Shown here in pieces: positions 10,101 through 25,000 of a stretch of 38,656 nt of DNA. Origin of the DNA: Bipalium vagum (lineage: Eukaryota); NCBI GenBank assembly GCA_037834085.1, contig JBBMKC010064352.1, positions 1-38,656 of the forward strand, read 5' to 3'. Position numbers and translations under genes: made by a program. Numbering within the stretch: the first letter of the stretch is position 1; every line of letters starts with the position of its first letter. A model generated the notes under the pieces. The model did no database searches. It was not told the origin of the DNA and saw nothing but the letters and a program-made list of their open reading frames with translations.

Positions 10101-12976
10101 CAGTATTATCAATTTTACACAATATAACGATTACAATACTTTTCTTCTTGCCATTTATTAAAAAATAGTTACAACTACCCGTGGGACTCCATTTAATCAG
10201 AAAACCTCAATTCAAACCCATCAAAGGTGTTTTAATAAGAAATTCAATTTTCCCTGCGGAAAATTCAGAAACAAGAAACTTTCATAAGGCTTCTTAAAAA
10301 TTATAATTAAATTTTGATTTGTAAAACATGGAAAACTCATCATTTTTGTCAGACGAATGTATCAGGTCCACATAATATTAGCACTTCTATGAAATTATAT
10401 TTACTATGTAAATGATTAAATATAGTTTTGCTTATTTATTTTATTTATATAAATATTATATTTCCAAGATATTTAAGATATACCGTCATTCCACGGTAAC
10501 TGCACACTTTTGGGACAAAAAAATTAGGATTTTTTCAATTATGAAATAAAAATCAGAGAAAATATCAATACAATTAAACGCAATTACACAATGGTTTTAT
10601 TTTAAGAAATCAAATAAAGTGATCTAACTTTATTGATTTAGCATTTATATCTTCAGATCCTTTTGAGTTGTATGTAAATCTTTAATCCTTGTCCAATTAT
10701 CTTTAGACTTTTGGTCTAAATACAGTATTAGTCTCTTACATGCTTCTGGTGAATTCGAATGAAAAATATTATGTGGCTTCTCCTTAAGCACAATACTTTC
10801 ATTCCTTTTATGGATACCATTATACACAAGGCCTGTTTACACTATTGGAATGTTTATTATTGAACAAATTTAATGTTTAAATGATCGAATTATTATTGTT
10901 ATGTTTTTTCTTTTCATCAGAAAACGTTTGCGAATCATGTTAGTTTAAAAAAAGACTTGTAAGAAAATCTAACAGTATTTACCCTGTCATATAAAGATAA
11001 TTATTAATTAATAATATAATTAAAGAGTTAATTATATTATTTAGATTGTAATAACGAGATTTAAATCTTAAACTTTTACAAACCAACAGTTAAACAAACA
11101 TTTAAACAAATATTTAAAAGCAGAACAATAATTTACCAGATCAATATAAATTTCTGTACCATTATCAATATGATGAAATTAATCGAAATGTTAATTTGAT
11201 TGATTTTTGGATCATGCTTTTTTTAGACCGTAATGACTAAAGGTAAATTTTTTGACTGATTTTTGACTTGGTCAGAAAAAAACTTGAAAAATAAACACAT
11301 AATTTTCGATTTACAAATTTATTAAATAAAATTAATTGATTGATATTATTAATTGATTGACAATTCCTCTATTGAATATTTTATCGCCACATCCATTTAT
11401 ATACAGTACCTGGCCATTGAAATAGACTCAAGTATTATTTTACAAACAATTGTATAACCATAAAGCATAAGTTAACACCGGCCATGATAAAGAAGAGACT
11501 AGTTTGGGGACTGAAATACAAACACTACCAAGAAACACCTTGTTCAAAAGTAAAGAAAAATTAATTTCTACAAAACGGTTTTCATTAAATTGGTTTAATT
11601 TCTTAATATTTTTTGTTTGAGTCTATTTCAATGGCCGGGTACTGTAGATATGATTCCCTTCATCAATTCAATTCTTTGCATATGAGCACCAATCTGCATG
11701 TCAACAAAATTCATCTTTTGGTTGACAGTTTGATGAACATAATTTTGTTCTTTTGACAGTTAGGAATAGGCCCTCCATTCATCACTCATTATAACGGAGC
11801 CATTTTTTGTCTCCTACTAACTTAACAATCATGTTTGCCAAAAACCCATAACTCATGATCAGAAATTAATAACGACAGATTTCGAAATCAGTGCTTATTA
11901 ATTTAATATCCATTTCTATATTATCAACATGAAAATGTAAAGTATTTATATAAAATCGATCAAAAATTGTACTTAATGTAATCGATCGGCCAAAAAAGGT
12001 ACTTGTTAGTCATTTCGGTAAAATAAGATGATCCGATTGCTTTCCCATAAAAATTGACTTCAACAAAAATGTTACGGTGTTAATAATTGTTAATTTGTTC
12101 GATTTTCGACATTTTCATTGCAAAAAATGTTATTTGTTGAAGAGTAAAAAACGTTTGGCTGTTTCCATTGTGTATTCAGGAGAGGGATGTGTAATTGATA
12201 TCTGTTTCAAATTCTGAGAAAAAGTTGAAAACAAATCGAAACGAACAAATTTTCTGTGAATCTGCAGCTGCGCTCTAAAATTGTATATCTGCTCTGTGAA
12301 AATGAATCATATACTTTAATTAAAAACTGTCTCGATCATTTTTAATATTGTGATGAAAAGATTCTATTTCTCAAACATATATTTGTGAAAATAGATAAAT
12401 AAATAAATGTACATTTTTCCCCGTTTATGATTTACATGTTTTCCAAAGTGACTCTCTCCCCTCAATAGAACGACATCAACTGACGTCTAGAAAATTTTAA
12501 CAATAATGATTTCTCATTTTTCAATGAGAATAATACTCGAAGAAAATGTCAAAAAATAACATTTTTCCATGTCTTCAGTGACAATTTACACTTTCTTATT
12601 ATCTGAGACGAAAGAAATGCTCGGAAAATTGTACATGAAATATATTCTATTGAATATTTTCCAATGATGTAAAAGTTGAATTTGTTTAAATATTGTAATT
12701 CATGACTACGCAGACAATGCGCGAATTTCAAAATGATCAATTTTAACTTAAATATCTTTTGAATTTAAGATGAAATGATTCAGTTGTTGTTGTAAGCTTA
12801 TTATTAAAATGGAATAAGTTAATTTATCGAAGAATATCTTCATTATTTTACAGGACTACAGTTAAAAATCTACGAAATGTTTTCTGGAAATAGACTGTTT
12901 TCTTAAGGTTTCTATCATAACAATGTATGGATATTATCAAGCTCTAAGACTCTACCAGAAATAATGATGATGATAA

Positions 12977-13007
<31 letters not shown>

Positions 13008-16000
13008 AAGGAACATGATCCAGCTACACAAATCCTGGTTTTGTTAATGTTTCTCTTGTTGTCTTTGATATATTCATAGAAACGTTATCATGGAGTAAAA
13101 AAATTCCTAGTTGTTCGATTCTTTGAACATTGGATCTTTTTGGTTTACATAATGAGCATATAAACAGTTCTCAGTAAAGTCTACTTTCAAGATGCCATCC
13201 CAAAAGACCTTGAGATCAACATGACACGATTAAAAATTCCGAGATACAAGACCTTCGATGGCTTCTCATTTTCAAAAACCCATTTCTTTGACTCTCTTTT
13301 AGTAAAGGAAGGTAAATAACTATGATGTCTCTTTAGTAGTTATTATATTTGATAAAACATTTGGTCCGATTAGACAAAGGTTCCTGTCACAGACCATTTT
13401 TCGTCTACTCACCACCTCAGCAGTTAAACATCTCTGCATGAACTTCTTACATAACTTTCGGATTCCCATTTGCACTAGAATTAGCTGGACTGCTCTTTTA
13501 CATATATTTAGCCTCTCAGATAGCTGCGTTTGAGTAATGTCTCGTTTATTTGTCATAATTTCAATTTTTGTGTAATATCTCCACCAAATTTGATAAGTCT
13601 TCCACTTTCGGTTGCATAGAAAACACTTATTTGACAATATGATTATTTTTCTGATTCAGTTATAAACGGTCTCCTAAAATTGGGCTTCCTCACCTTTTGG
13701 AGTGATTAATAATTTTCTTCTTACCAGATTCATTGAGAAATAAAAAACCAATCATATTGCGAAATTCTATCTAATAAGTTCAAACAAAACTGAGAAACTA
13801 ATCATATATTTCATACTTGTATGCGATTTTTTTATTATTTATTATTTTACTTCAAAATTATGATTAATTTTTATTATTATTTCTATTATTATATTATTTT
13901 TAAGAGTTTTATTATGTTTTCTGAGAAATATCAATATCATTTAACGATTATTATGATCATGACACTTTTATTATTAGTATTATTTTTTTTTATTATTAAA
14001 ATAATATTTATTATTATTATTGCAATTATTATTGTTATTGTAAAGATTATATTAAGATTAATAATTAATATTTTAAATGAAAATAACTAATTTAAAATTA
14101 TTTGATTATTTTATTTTTCAATGATAATATTTTTGGGAAATGTATTTAGATATTGACATCACAGTCGGCAATTTCAATCAACACTTAACCATTGAAAGTG
14201 GTGCTCAAAAGATGGAGAGAATCATAGATTACAATGGCGTGGATTTTCGAATTATCATTGAAACAAAAAATTCAACTCCCAACAGTATCACTCTTGTTGC
14301 TTCGAGCATTCAGGAAAAAGCAGCCTGGTGCTCCGATATCAGTCAGGTATAAATTATTGGAAAAATAATCATTATAACGACCATTACCGTCACTGATTTC
14401 GTTATACAAAAAATATATACACGGTGGGCGCTGGAAGACTGGAGGACTTTAATCTAAAATAACTTGTAGTAAAAGGCAAATGTATATTTAATCCAAATAG
14501 TTTATTTGAAAGATACGAGCTTAGAATTTAGGTTTTTCTAAGTCCGAAAAATAATGTCTTTTAATTGACCACCATTTTCTTCTCACAAAGAATTGCCTTT
14601 TTAGAGTATTTTCCATCACTGTATCCAATATTTCCTGGTCCAAGAGACGTATCTCACTTCGGATATTTTCGTATAGAGTTTGTTGAGTGTTATTGAACGC
14701 TATGCCGCACAGATTCGACCATCAATTCAGTACGCACAGTTTTCCCTGGACTCTTCTTAGTAAGATCTGAAACAGATCCAGTTTCTTCAAATCTTTTAAT
14801 TAAATTTCTAATCATGTTGTAACTGGGAGCTTCTACAACAGTGAAGTATGTTCGGCAGTTTCTCTGCGTTTGAATGATTGATTTTCTATTTGAATAGAAA
14901 AATTCAACAATTTTCACTTTATTATTACAGGGTCTAACATCACATTTCAAATTTATAACAATTGATTTCAAATTTATAACATCACATTTCAAATTTATAA
15001 CATCACATTTCAAATTTGTAACAATTACAATTTAATAAAATTTTTAATTTTTATATTCATTTAATATAATTTGAAAAACAATATTTAACATTTATTACAA
15101 AAATGCACTAGCTTTCTATGACAATTTCCCTCTTTAAACACTTGGGCAGAAATCCTAGCATATTCCGATAAATCATTGTTATATTTTAACATTTTAACTG
15201 CAAATACTGAAATATTGATTAACTTTAACAAATAGCTAACAAAACTATGACAACAACTTTGTATTATAAAATCCAATAAATATATATTCATAAAAAATCG
15301 AATAAAATTTAATATCAAAACTTTTGTAACAGTTACTTTAGATTAAAATCCTTCAGTCTTCTAGCGCCCACCCTTTATATATATTAATCAATATATAGTA
15401 TTATTAAATGTTGCTCCGTTCTCGGTAATTTTTTCCTCATAAAACCCAATAATAACATTGTCAAAAATAAACTGTCAACTTTTGTATTTTTAATTTAGTA
15501 ATAAATTTTTGCTCCTTCTACGACGGCAATTAAATCAATTTTCAAGGGAAAACAAGCGTAATTATTGTTTGAAGGAAAAATTAGAATGATAAATTTTGTA
15601 TGGATTTTGAGGTTTTGTTTTACTGAATGATGATTTTTGTTTGAATTTAAATGTATCGTGACAGAAATATGCGTTCATAACAGTTTGCAAAAATCAGTAA
15701 AAGGCTCTTACTGAAATAGGATATCCTGAAAGAATTTGTACTACGCTGGCTCTTGGGAAAATAGGAGTTTTGTTTCAAATACTTTGTGACCATTAATTGC
15801 TTGAGCTGTATAAATCTCAGTGCGTATAGGCTTAAAGTGAAGAGAAAAGGTCCATAGATTGTCAACATATTCTATCCGAATCGACTTTCAGGTTAATCTC
15901 TAAGAAAACTGAGTCTTGTCTCAACTTCTCTTGCTCTCGCTATACAAGTACTAAATTTACTTGAGGCTCTTTACATAGGATAGTTAATAATGAATTAAAT

Positions 16001-19000
16001 ATATGATTGTGACCATACCCCTTCAGTTTGGTTGGGTTGTCTCACTACATTTAGTTGGTACTAATACAAATTATTTAAAAAATACTACAAGTCTTTGATC
16101 CAATAGAAACCTGGCACATTACATTGAACCTGATGAAATAACTGGTTAATAGACTATCTGTAAATATATTGTGTTCATCTTTGGAGGGATCGAAGTGTTT
16201 AACAAATCAGATTATTCACTTTTCTTGGATTTCACAGTATTGTGTCTGTTTTGGAAATAAAATAAAATTACAGGGTTAACAAATTTTCGTGAAATCCTCA
16301 ATCAATATTGATTTATTTTTTCACTGATAAAACATTTTCAAAATGAATCAATCTTATACCGTCATCATTCTAAATAGTTTACACTATTTGGTTGGTGCAA
16401 AAATAATGTCGTTTTTTAATTATTTAACTTAATTGATTTTAAAGTACGTTGTTTAAATAATATACTCTTATTTTGGCACCATACGAAAATTGTTGATTTC
16501 ATTAAGTATTTTGTATAATCAATAATTTTTAATTATTATTAATTATATTTTTTCTAGGCGATAAAGTGGAGCATTGAAAATTGAAATAAGCATTTGGTCA
16601 AGGATTAGTTAATGATCACGTGGTACAAAGTTGGTGTGTAATTTTTAATCAGGAAGATGAGACACCTGTATTTCACGAAGGTAGTGGCCATAAATCTGAC
16701 ATTGACAAATAATGGCTAAAGAAGATAACTGAATCGGTTCCATAACAAATCACTAAATAAGTAGCACAGAGACTTAAAGCTGACCATACAACTTTACGTT
16801 GTTATTTAAATCAAATTGAGAAGGTAAAAATGTAGATAAATGGATGCCACACCAGAAAAGTGGAAAAGAGATATCTGTTTTAAAGGAACATCTTTGGTTC
16901 TGCGTTACAATAAGAGACCCATTTTTGTACATTGAATCCTGGTGCGCGATGAGAAATGAATTCTATGGGACAATCGATGACGTTAAGTACAATAGCTGGA
17001 CCTTGAAGAAACTCCTAAGTACTTCCCAAAATCAGTTGTGCACCAAAAAATTATTTTGACAGTTTGATACTCTACCAGTGTGAGCCATCACAACTTTCTA
17101 AGCCAGCACGAAACTAATATGACAGAGAAATATTATCAAACTTTTCCAATAATGGATTTGATAAACCAGTCTAAAATTTAACTTCACTACCAGAACCAGC
17201 CCAATCGTTCAAAGATGAAAAATTTTCAAAATAATTACTCGTTGAATAACACTGAAAGATGATCTTTGTCTGCGTCTTGTTATTTAATATTCATTAATCA
17301 TACCCGATATCTTTGCGCTTGTGTGGATACAGTTGTCATCATCGATAATGATTAATAATATTTTATTGTGATCGTGTGAAACCTAATCAAACCCAATCAG
17401 GAAAACCTCAAACCCTTTAGTTACCCTTAACCTCTAATTTATTTAAATAATCATTTAATCAGCCCAACTCTTGGAACAAAGGCAAAATTGTTAGTGGATT
17501 CAGTAAATTTATCAGCAATGTTAAGGAGGCATTAGTGTAAAAGGGGAAATAAGCAGTGCAATATTTAATAAATTTCGATTGATTTGCAATAACATACTGA
17601 TTTCCAATTACTGAGAAATGTTTCAAATACACTATCTAGGGAACAGGAGAATTAAACCGACACTGAGCAGCATGTTACTTTGGAAAAAAGGAAATATAAA
17701 ATATACTCCAATTAGTTCCGTCGATATGGATCATTCATTTTCCACCTCATTTCAGGTAATGGCAGATCTTTCTTATTTGTGAATTGAAAAATGACAGCGG
17801 TTGTATATTTCAAAAAAGAATTAAATTAATGAAAAACTGTATTGATTTTGATTTGTACGACTGACATTAACCCGGGGTTTTTGCAGTAATATTTAGAGTT
17901 TTCTAAATCACATTTTTGGTATTTTATGTCATTTTATAAGTTTATACAGATTGGTTCAATAAATTGACCACTTCTTGAAAAAATCCACAAAATCAATACA
18001 TTTGCATTTTTGGTAATAAGACATAATTAATAAAATACTTATTTAAAGGAAATGTGTTTAAATAAGCTAATTTGTTTATTTGTGTGGCATTTTGTTTGAA
18101 ATAAAATATATGGCGAAAATGTTCAGGGGAAATGAGATAAATAACTTCAATAGAGACAGGACTTATGCTTTGTATTTTCAAGCAGGATTGAGTAAAATCA
18201 TATGGCACAAGAAACAAATTCTCAACAATTATTAAATAACGAACAAATCTTGTGGAATATTTTGATGAGAGATGATGCCTATAGACAAAAGTTAATCCAA
18301 AGCATGCGTTAATAAAATCAACGTGCTCATACACGAAATATTGATGACATTTATTGAATACTTTTGTATTGGTACATTTTATTATTAGAGTTTTTCTGTT
18401 TATTCATGGGGTGGACGATTTTAAGGTCCAAGCTCTGTATTCTTCATTTTTGAAGTCACATAAATCCGAGTCCTATTGACCATTATTTAATGATTCGTGT
18501 TTCAGTCGTTATTGTACGATTTACGATAAAAGAAACGAATTATGTAATATTTTTCCATTCAGTGGATTAAAATGAATTTTTGAAATGGAAGTAAACGTCC
18601 AAAAATAACTGAAATCCCTCAAAAAATTGAACGATCTCTCGGACTCTCGTTATTTTCTATTATAAAAACACGGAATATTATATGTAATTATCAATAAAAT
18701 GTATTAATTCCTATGGCCTCGTTAAGAAATAAAATCCGTTTTTCAGTGCATCGAGCAGCTTCACTACAGTGATCTCTTGAACTCCTCTCTGGCAGAGACG
18801 TCCTCCGTTTCAATGCCACAATCGATACGGTAAGTCGGATCATTTTGTTTTGAGCTTCATTTCGCTATTTTAAAGTCTTATCCTCTCTTGGAAATGCTCA
18901 TTTTCCAATTTGCTATTTCTCAAGATTGGTCTCACCATCTGTTATCATCGATTAGTCTGGTTTCATTGATTATTTTTCATAAAAAAATATTTACGGAAAA

Positions 19001-22000
19001 TGAAAAAAAATTATTTCCTTATTATGAGCCTGTATATGTGAACTTTGATTTAGATCCGATCCGAAATTATATCGTGACGATGTCGACATTCAGTTCAGCA
19101 GGCGACTTAATTCTTGTAAAGTTCCACAGGTAATTATCGAACCAGCAGATTTTAATAAACATGGTTATTTAATTAATTACACTCACGAGAGTATCATTAA
19201 AATTTCGTCACATTTTTCTTTAATTTTTTTATTTCTGGTTTTTTTGGTTAAAAAATATAATACACTTTATTACACTTCATATTAATTGCCGCCGTCTTTT
19301 ACATCACCGTTTCGTTGGTCCGTCTTCTTTCATGATTACGGGAAGAAATATTGACGAAAATTTCAGATTTGTGATCAAAATATCACGAAATATAATGTTG
19401 AAATCTTTTATTATTATTATAATTATTATTATTATTATTTTATTTATTTTTATTTGTTAATATTTTATTTTTTCATTATTTTATTATTATTATTATTATT
19501 ATTATTTTATTTATTTTTATTTGTTAATATTTTATTTTTTCATTATTTTATTATTATTATTATTTCAGTAAAATTGTTTTTTTGGTAAAGTTTTACAGTT
19601 TAAATATTCACAGTTTAAATATTACAGTTTAAATATTTACAAAAGTTTTAGTTGATTTAAACAAAAATTATATTTAAATATTATCTTGTCCCATAAAAGT
19701 CTGTTTTTGTTATAAACTTCATTCAAACATATGTTGTCTTTATTTTATATCAATTTTTTAAAAAAATATTTTTTTAAGGTCAAATAAAATCGTAAAATGA
19801 GATTTTAGTAATTTTACGACATGGTTATAAAACATTTCCGCATCAGAAGTCATGCGTTTATTACAGAAATTCTAGTCTAGGCGAGATAAACAATAGGACA
19901 GCAATGAGGTGATTTACAAAGTTCAAAATGGGTGACATCAACTGCCAACGTCAACCCGGTTTTTGTCCTTTTCAAGGTTTTGATGTGAACAGAAGCAATG
20001 GTTTTTGACACATTTAGATTCTGAACAAATTTACTCACTGCTTAGCGAGTGTTTTCTTAAGTAGATACTTTTAAGGTGTCTTTACTTAAGCATGAATTCG
20101 TTCTTCCATGGCTTTCATTTATCCAGATCATGTCAACATTTCGAAATTTGATTAAACCACTAATGTGTGGTACGTTCACTTGTATTGCCTTCAAGCCATA
20201 CAACAATGATGTTTTTCAGCTGTCTTTTATGCATTGTGCTTCTGTTTTAACTCTTTTAATATGCATTTTCCAATTTTTTTGATTACCATACTTAGAAAAG
20301 GATGAAAAAGAAAACTTCACGTTAAATTAATATGCTTACCTATACAATGTAAATAGACCTTGAAATGACTGATTTAATTTAGTACATTTAAACAAGATGT
20401 ACAATTATCGCTGGTGAATAATTTTATTTCAGAAAGTTTAGATAAAAACACGACATTTCATACTGGACAACCTAATACATTTTTTAGTTTCAAAAAAATA
20501 AATCTTAATCACTGAAATATTCGATAATGAATCGAAACTAGAAAATCATTTACTCTTCTAAAATTTAAATAATCCCTTCTACGACTCTTTGATTTTAATT
20601 GCTGAAATACTTTTTGAAAGCTTCTTAGTACAATAATTTACAGTAAGGATCATACTGCAAAAAAATCGCTCAACTCTGTACACGTTCAAGTTGACTCGCA
20701 AGTAAAATTTTCATTTTCTTCTTTAAAATAAGAAAAAAAAGAAATTTTTTAATGATAAAATTTCTCGAATAAAATAATGAAAAAAATTTCTAAACGAAAT
20801 GTCTAAGAAAATTTAGATCATTGGAAGCTCACGTGATCGATGCTAATCCAAAAATTTTGATTGGCTGATACGTCACAGATATTATTATTAGAATTTTGGA
20901 CAAGCATTGAATTTAATTAAGGAAAAAATATTTGCAGATTATACAATAACGAAAATCCATTTTTTTATCAATATTTTTCCTTTATTGACTAAATCGATTT
21001 ATATGTTAAAAATCAATAGTTGACTATTGTACTTAATTATGTCTTACTATTGAAATTGTTTAAGAATCTTGTTTTCACAAATTCGTTGTTTGTTTTCTAT
21101 CAAGTAATATTGGAACAACATTTATAGTCTTCCTTTTTCGATATTGATTGACCTTACTTTCACTTCAATTTTTCAGTTAATAACTCTGATACAAAACACA
21201 GGTGCCCATTTTGTATGAATTATTAAACAATAGTAATACTATTTGTTATTTTTACATTATTTAATAAATATTAACATTAAGTTAATATTTTTTACCTAAT
21301 ACTTTTCAACATTAGTTTCATTTAGTTTTTAAAATAATACTATTAGAATTTAATACATGAGTTGTTTTAATTGAATTATAAAAAATTTAATTCAATTTCA
21401 TTAATTTAATTAATTTTATGATTTGCATATTTTTTGTTTTTGAAATTTTTATTTTTATTTATTTTTTATTTATTTATAGTTTTTTAGTTACTAACATATT
21501 TTTTTAATTTTATTATTTTTTATTTATTTATAGATTTATTGATTTATATTTTTTATTTAGCTTTATTTATTTCTTAGTATTTATTTGTAGAATTTTATTT
21601 AGTTTCTTTTTTAAAATATTTTATTTATTATTTCTTTATTTATATATATTTATTTGATTTTTTTTAATTTATTTTATTTTTTAAAAAATATTTTTATTAT
21701 TTTTATTTTAGAAATAATTATTTATCATTTTTTAAACAATATTAAAATATTCCATGTTGTCTCGGTCCATTGTATACGTTATAAAAATAATTTTCATTGG
21801 AAAAATTTCAATCACTTTTCTCTTAAAAAATATCTTTTCCATATAACGTTGAAAATTATTTCCTCAAACTTTTCTCAGTTGATTGTTCAACATTCTTCAA
21901 CGTATAATTTAGATCCGTCATGCTTCACTGGAAAGACTCATGGACCGACTAACAGATTTGCGATTTCTCAGCATTGATTTTCTTAATACTTTTCTATTGA

Positions 22001-25000
22001 CATATCGTGTTTTTACTAATGGCATCACTCTGGTTAATGCTCTCAGGCGAATTCTAAACAATCCAGAATGTGGAAATTTAGATGCCCGGCCAAGTTTCTC
22101 TTCTTTTAAGTAAGATTCCTTTTCTTTTTTTCTTTTTATTTATATTTACCAATGGATATTCATATTTATTTTTCTTTTATTGTGATAAAATATTGGTTTT
22201 ATTTTCAACTGATCCCTGCTTATTTTGTTCATATTATTGATCCTCAAAGTTTATATAAGGAATTTTATTTAAAAGTTAAACCATAAAGGACTGGATTTTT
22301 TTTTTAATTTAATTCCCAAAGGCTTGTTTAAAAACAAAAATATTATTCCTCATTCCAATACCTTGCCTTAAGATTTTTAAATGGTGAAGGAAAAGTATTC
22401 TTCACTTGTCTTAATAATTTCTCTGAGTTTGTAACAATTTTTGCGTGATTTTATTATTTGGTGGTTTTGTTTCATTTCAATTCATTTTTAAAGATCTTTT
22501 TCTCACCTGGACTACTGCCAAATATTGGTATGAGAAAATCGAAAATGACCAAATTCAATTATGAACAATTTATCAAAAACGTGAAAGAAGACGGCAATGA
22601 CCACACAGAGATGTCTTAGAGGAGGAACAACAATCCAATTACAGTCTTATGCCACTTAAAATAAAAATGGGTGTAGTCTAAAATTTGGTATTTAAGCGCA
22701 GTATCGAAGAAATAAGAACTTAAAAACTTTAAAAGTATACCAAGTTAAATTTCGCACTGATATTCTTTCTGGTTCTGAGAGGGCAGAAATGGACATTATT
22801 TATTATATGAAGCTCAATTTATAACTGAATCAGAGAGTTTTCTTATGTTAGGAACAACTTTTTTGATGAAGAAAAAGAAGTGGAAGACTATACAAAATAG
22901 TGAAAAGAAAATCGATATATTAAAAAATATTGTAACAAAAGAGAGACGAATTACAGAGAGAGAGAGAGCTGTCTATTAGAGTTAATTTAAACAAGAAGAC
23001 TGTACAGAACATGACAGAGAGGAATGGAATAAAGAATTATTTGGTCGACCGTCGCCGGTTTATTGACAGAAAATTTGCGAGAAAAGCGAATCAAAGCGAA
23101 GCAAGAAAATCTGACCGTATTCAATGCTCTTGAGCAGAATATTTAAAGAATATTGTAGTAGATGGTGATGTTCTTAATTTTCTGGAGCGTCTTCTTTGTG
23201 GTGTGCGGTCGTGAGTTATTATGATGAAGAATTACTATATTTGGTCAAAGCTGGCCACTTCTTTTCAAGTTTTTCCTCCAATATGTCTAACTGGGCACAA
23301 TACATATCCGCTGTTATCGTTTTACCTGGTTGAAACAGCTCATAATGAATAACAAAAAAATATTAATTTGATATATTTAAACAAATTACTTATTGATTGA
23401 ATATTAATTATTAAAAAACGACGTTACTTAATAGAAAAATCATTCTGAGTGCTTATACATGTTTTGTAAACAAAAAGTTTTATCTTAGTATCATTCATAT
23501 TTCTGTTCGAGTCTAAGGACTTTGTATGCGCATTACATGTATAAAAATGGCACTGTCAACATTAAAACATGGTGCTTATTTTGAAATTGAAGAAATCAAA
23601 GAAAGAACATATTTTGAATATACTTATTGAAAGTAAAAGAGTATTTCATATCTAAGCTTTAGTTAAACAAACTGAACAGACTCAATAAACAATACTATCT
23701 CAATTTTCCCGTTACCTTATTGATATTATATAATAAATATTGCAATATTTACACATCTTTTTGTTCTCTCATTATCAGCATGGATATCATGTTTTGTTGA
23801 CTTGCAATGAGCTGACCTAAAGCCTCATCATGGAACAAATATATTTCATCTACAGCTCCGAATAAATAAATAAAGGAAATATGATGTTTAGCTTGGGAAG
23901 TATGGAGTAGTCACCTAAAATGTTTAAGCATTACAACGTTTGCATTGCCCTGGAATGTTATTGAATTGAATGATATTCTCATTAGTAAATTCCTTCTGGA
24001 AAGTAAAAGTAAATAATTAGTTAATCGGTTTTCCCATAAAAAAGAAATATCCCATGCTCATTCATGGACATTTTATGATGAAGAGATAATAGGAAATATT
24101 TCTCTTTACTGGTTGGAGGTTAAAAAATCAAGGTTTGTTAAATACCTGTTACGATACATTAATATATATATATATATATATATTATTACTTTTCAAAAAA
24201 TGTGTCAATAATTGATAGAAACTGAGAAACAAAGAAAAGCCTTGATTTTTATTTAGTAAAACTGAAAATATATGACTTCTACACCATTGAGAACTATGTG
24301 AAAATAGGAAGAGAGATATGCTAAATGTTCTTATCTATTACCCATGTGATGAACCTGAATCATTGTGTTGAGTTTTCGTTCAGTGATTGATGCCACGAGA
24401 TAAAAGAGTCATATTTCATGGGCGGGGAATTCCATGAAGTACGTCTGAAATAGGAACATATGAGATTTGATGTACCTTACAGCTGACTGCTAATCTGCCA
24501 AGGAGAAGTGTGATGTGGTCATCGGTTTGGTGGAAGAGTTTGATGAGCAAGGATTTATGGTTCACTTATGCGTAGAATTTATAAGTGAAAACTATTTTTG
24601 AGAGGAAAATATGATACATTTCTCAGTCGTATTTCCAATGAACAACAATTTTTATTATCGTAAATGAATGGATATTAGTAAAAAAATTTCAAAAACTGGC
24701 TCGAGGAAAAATTTAGAATATAAATCCAGAAAATGTTTCAGAACTAGTGCATTGATGGGTTGTTCGTTTGTGGACAGGTTTGAGAGAGTCGGAGTCAACC
24801 TTGTTAAGTTGTCCAGAAATTGGGCTCACGGCATTTCCAATTGGTTAGGCTTTTCATTGTTTTGATTATTGAAGCTGCCGAAGTTATAAAAATGGAGATC
24901 GAGCATGATATTGATGGCAGCCGCAAAGTCAAGTATTCAGCTCACGCGACTAAGGTCGGGTTGAGCTGGGTAATTGATAGCTGATAAGAGGGAAGATATC

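Noticed and set aside
9122-10330. LTR retrotransposon (LTR plus gag remnant)
   Set aside because: Only weak hints (TG start, a possible decayed zinc knuckle); no second LTR, clear PBS or pol motif
10483-10860. pogo-like terminus TA|CCGTCATT with adjacent ORF 10645..10827
   Set aside because: No matching second TIR and no diagnostic transposase motif
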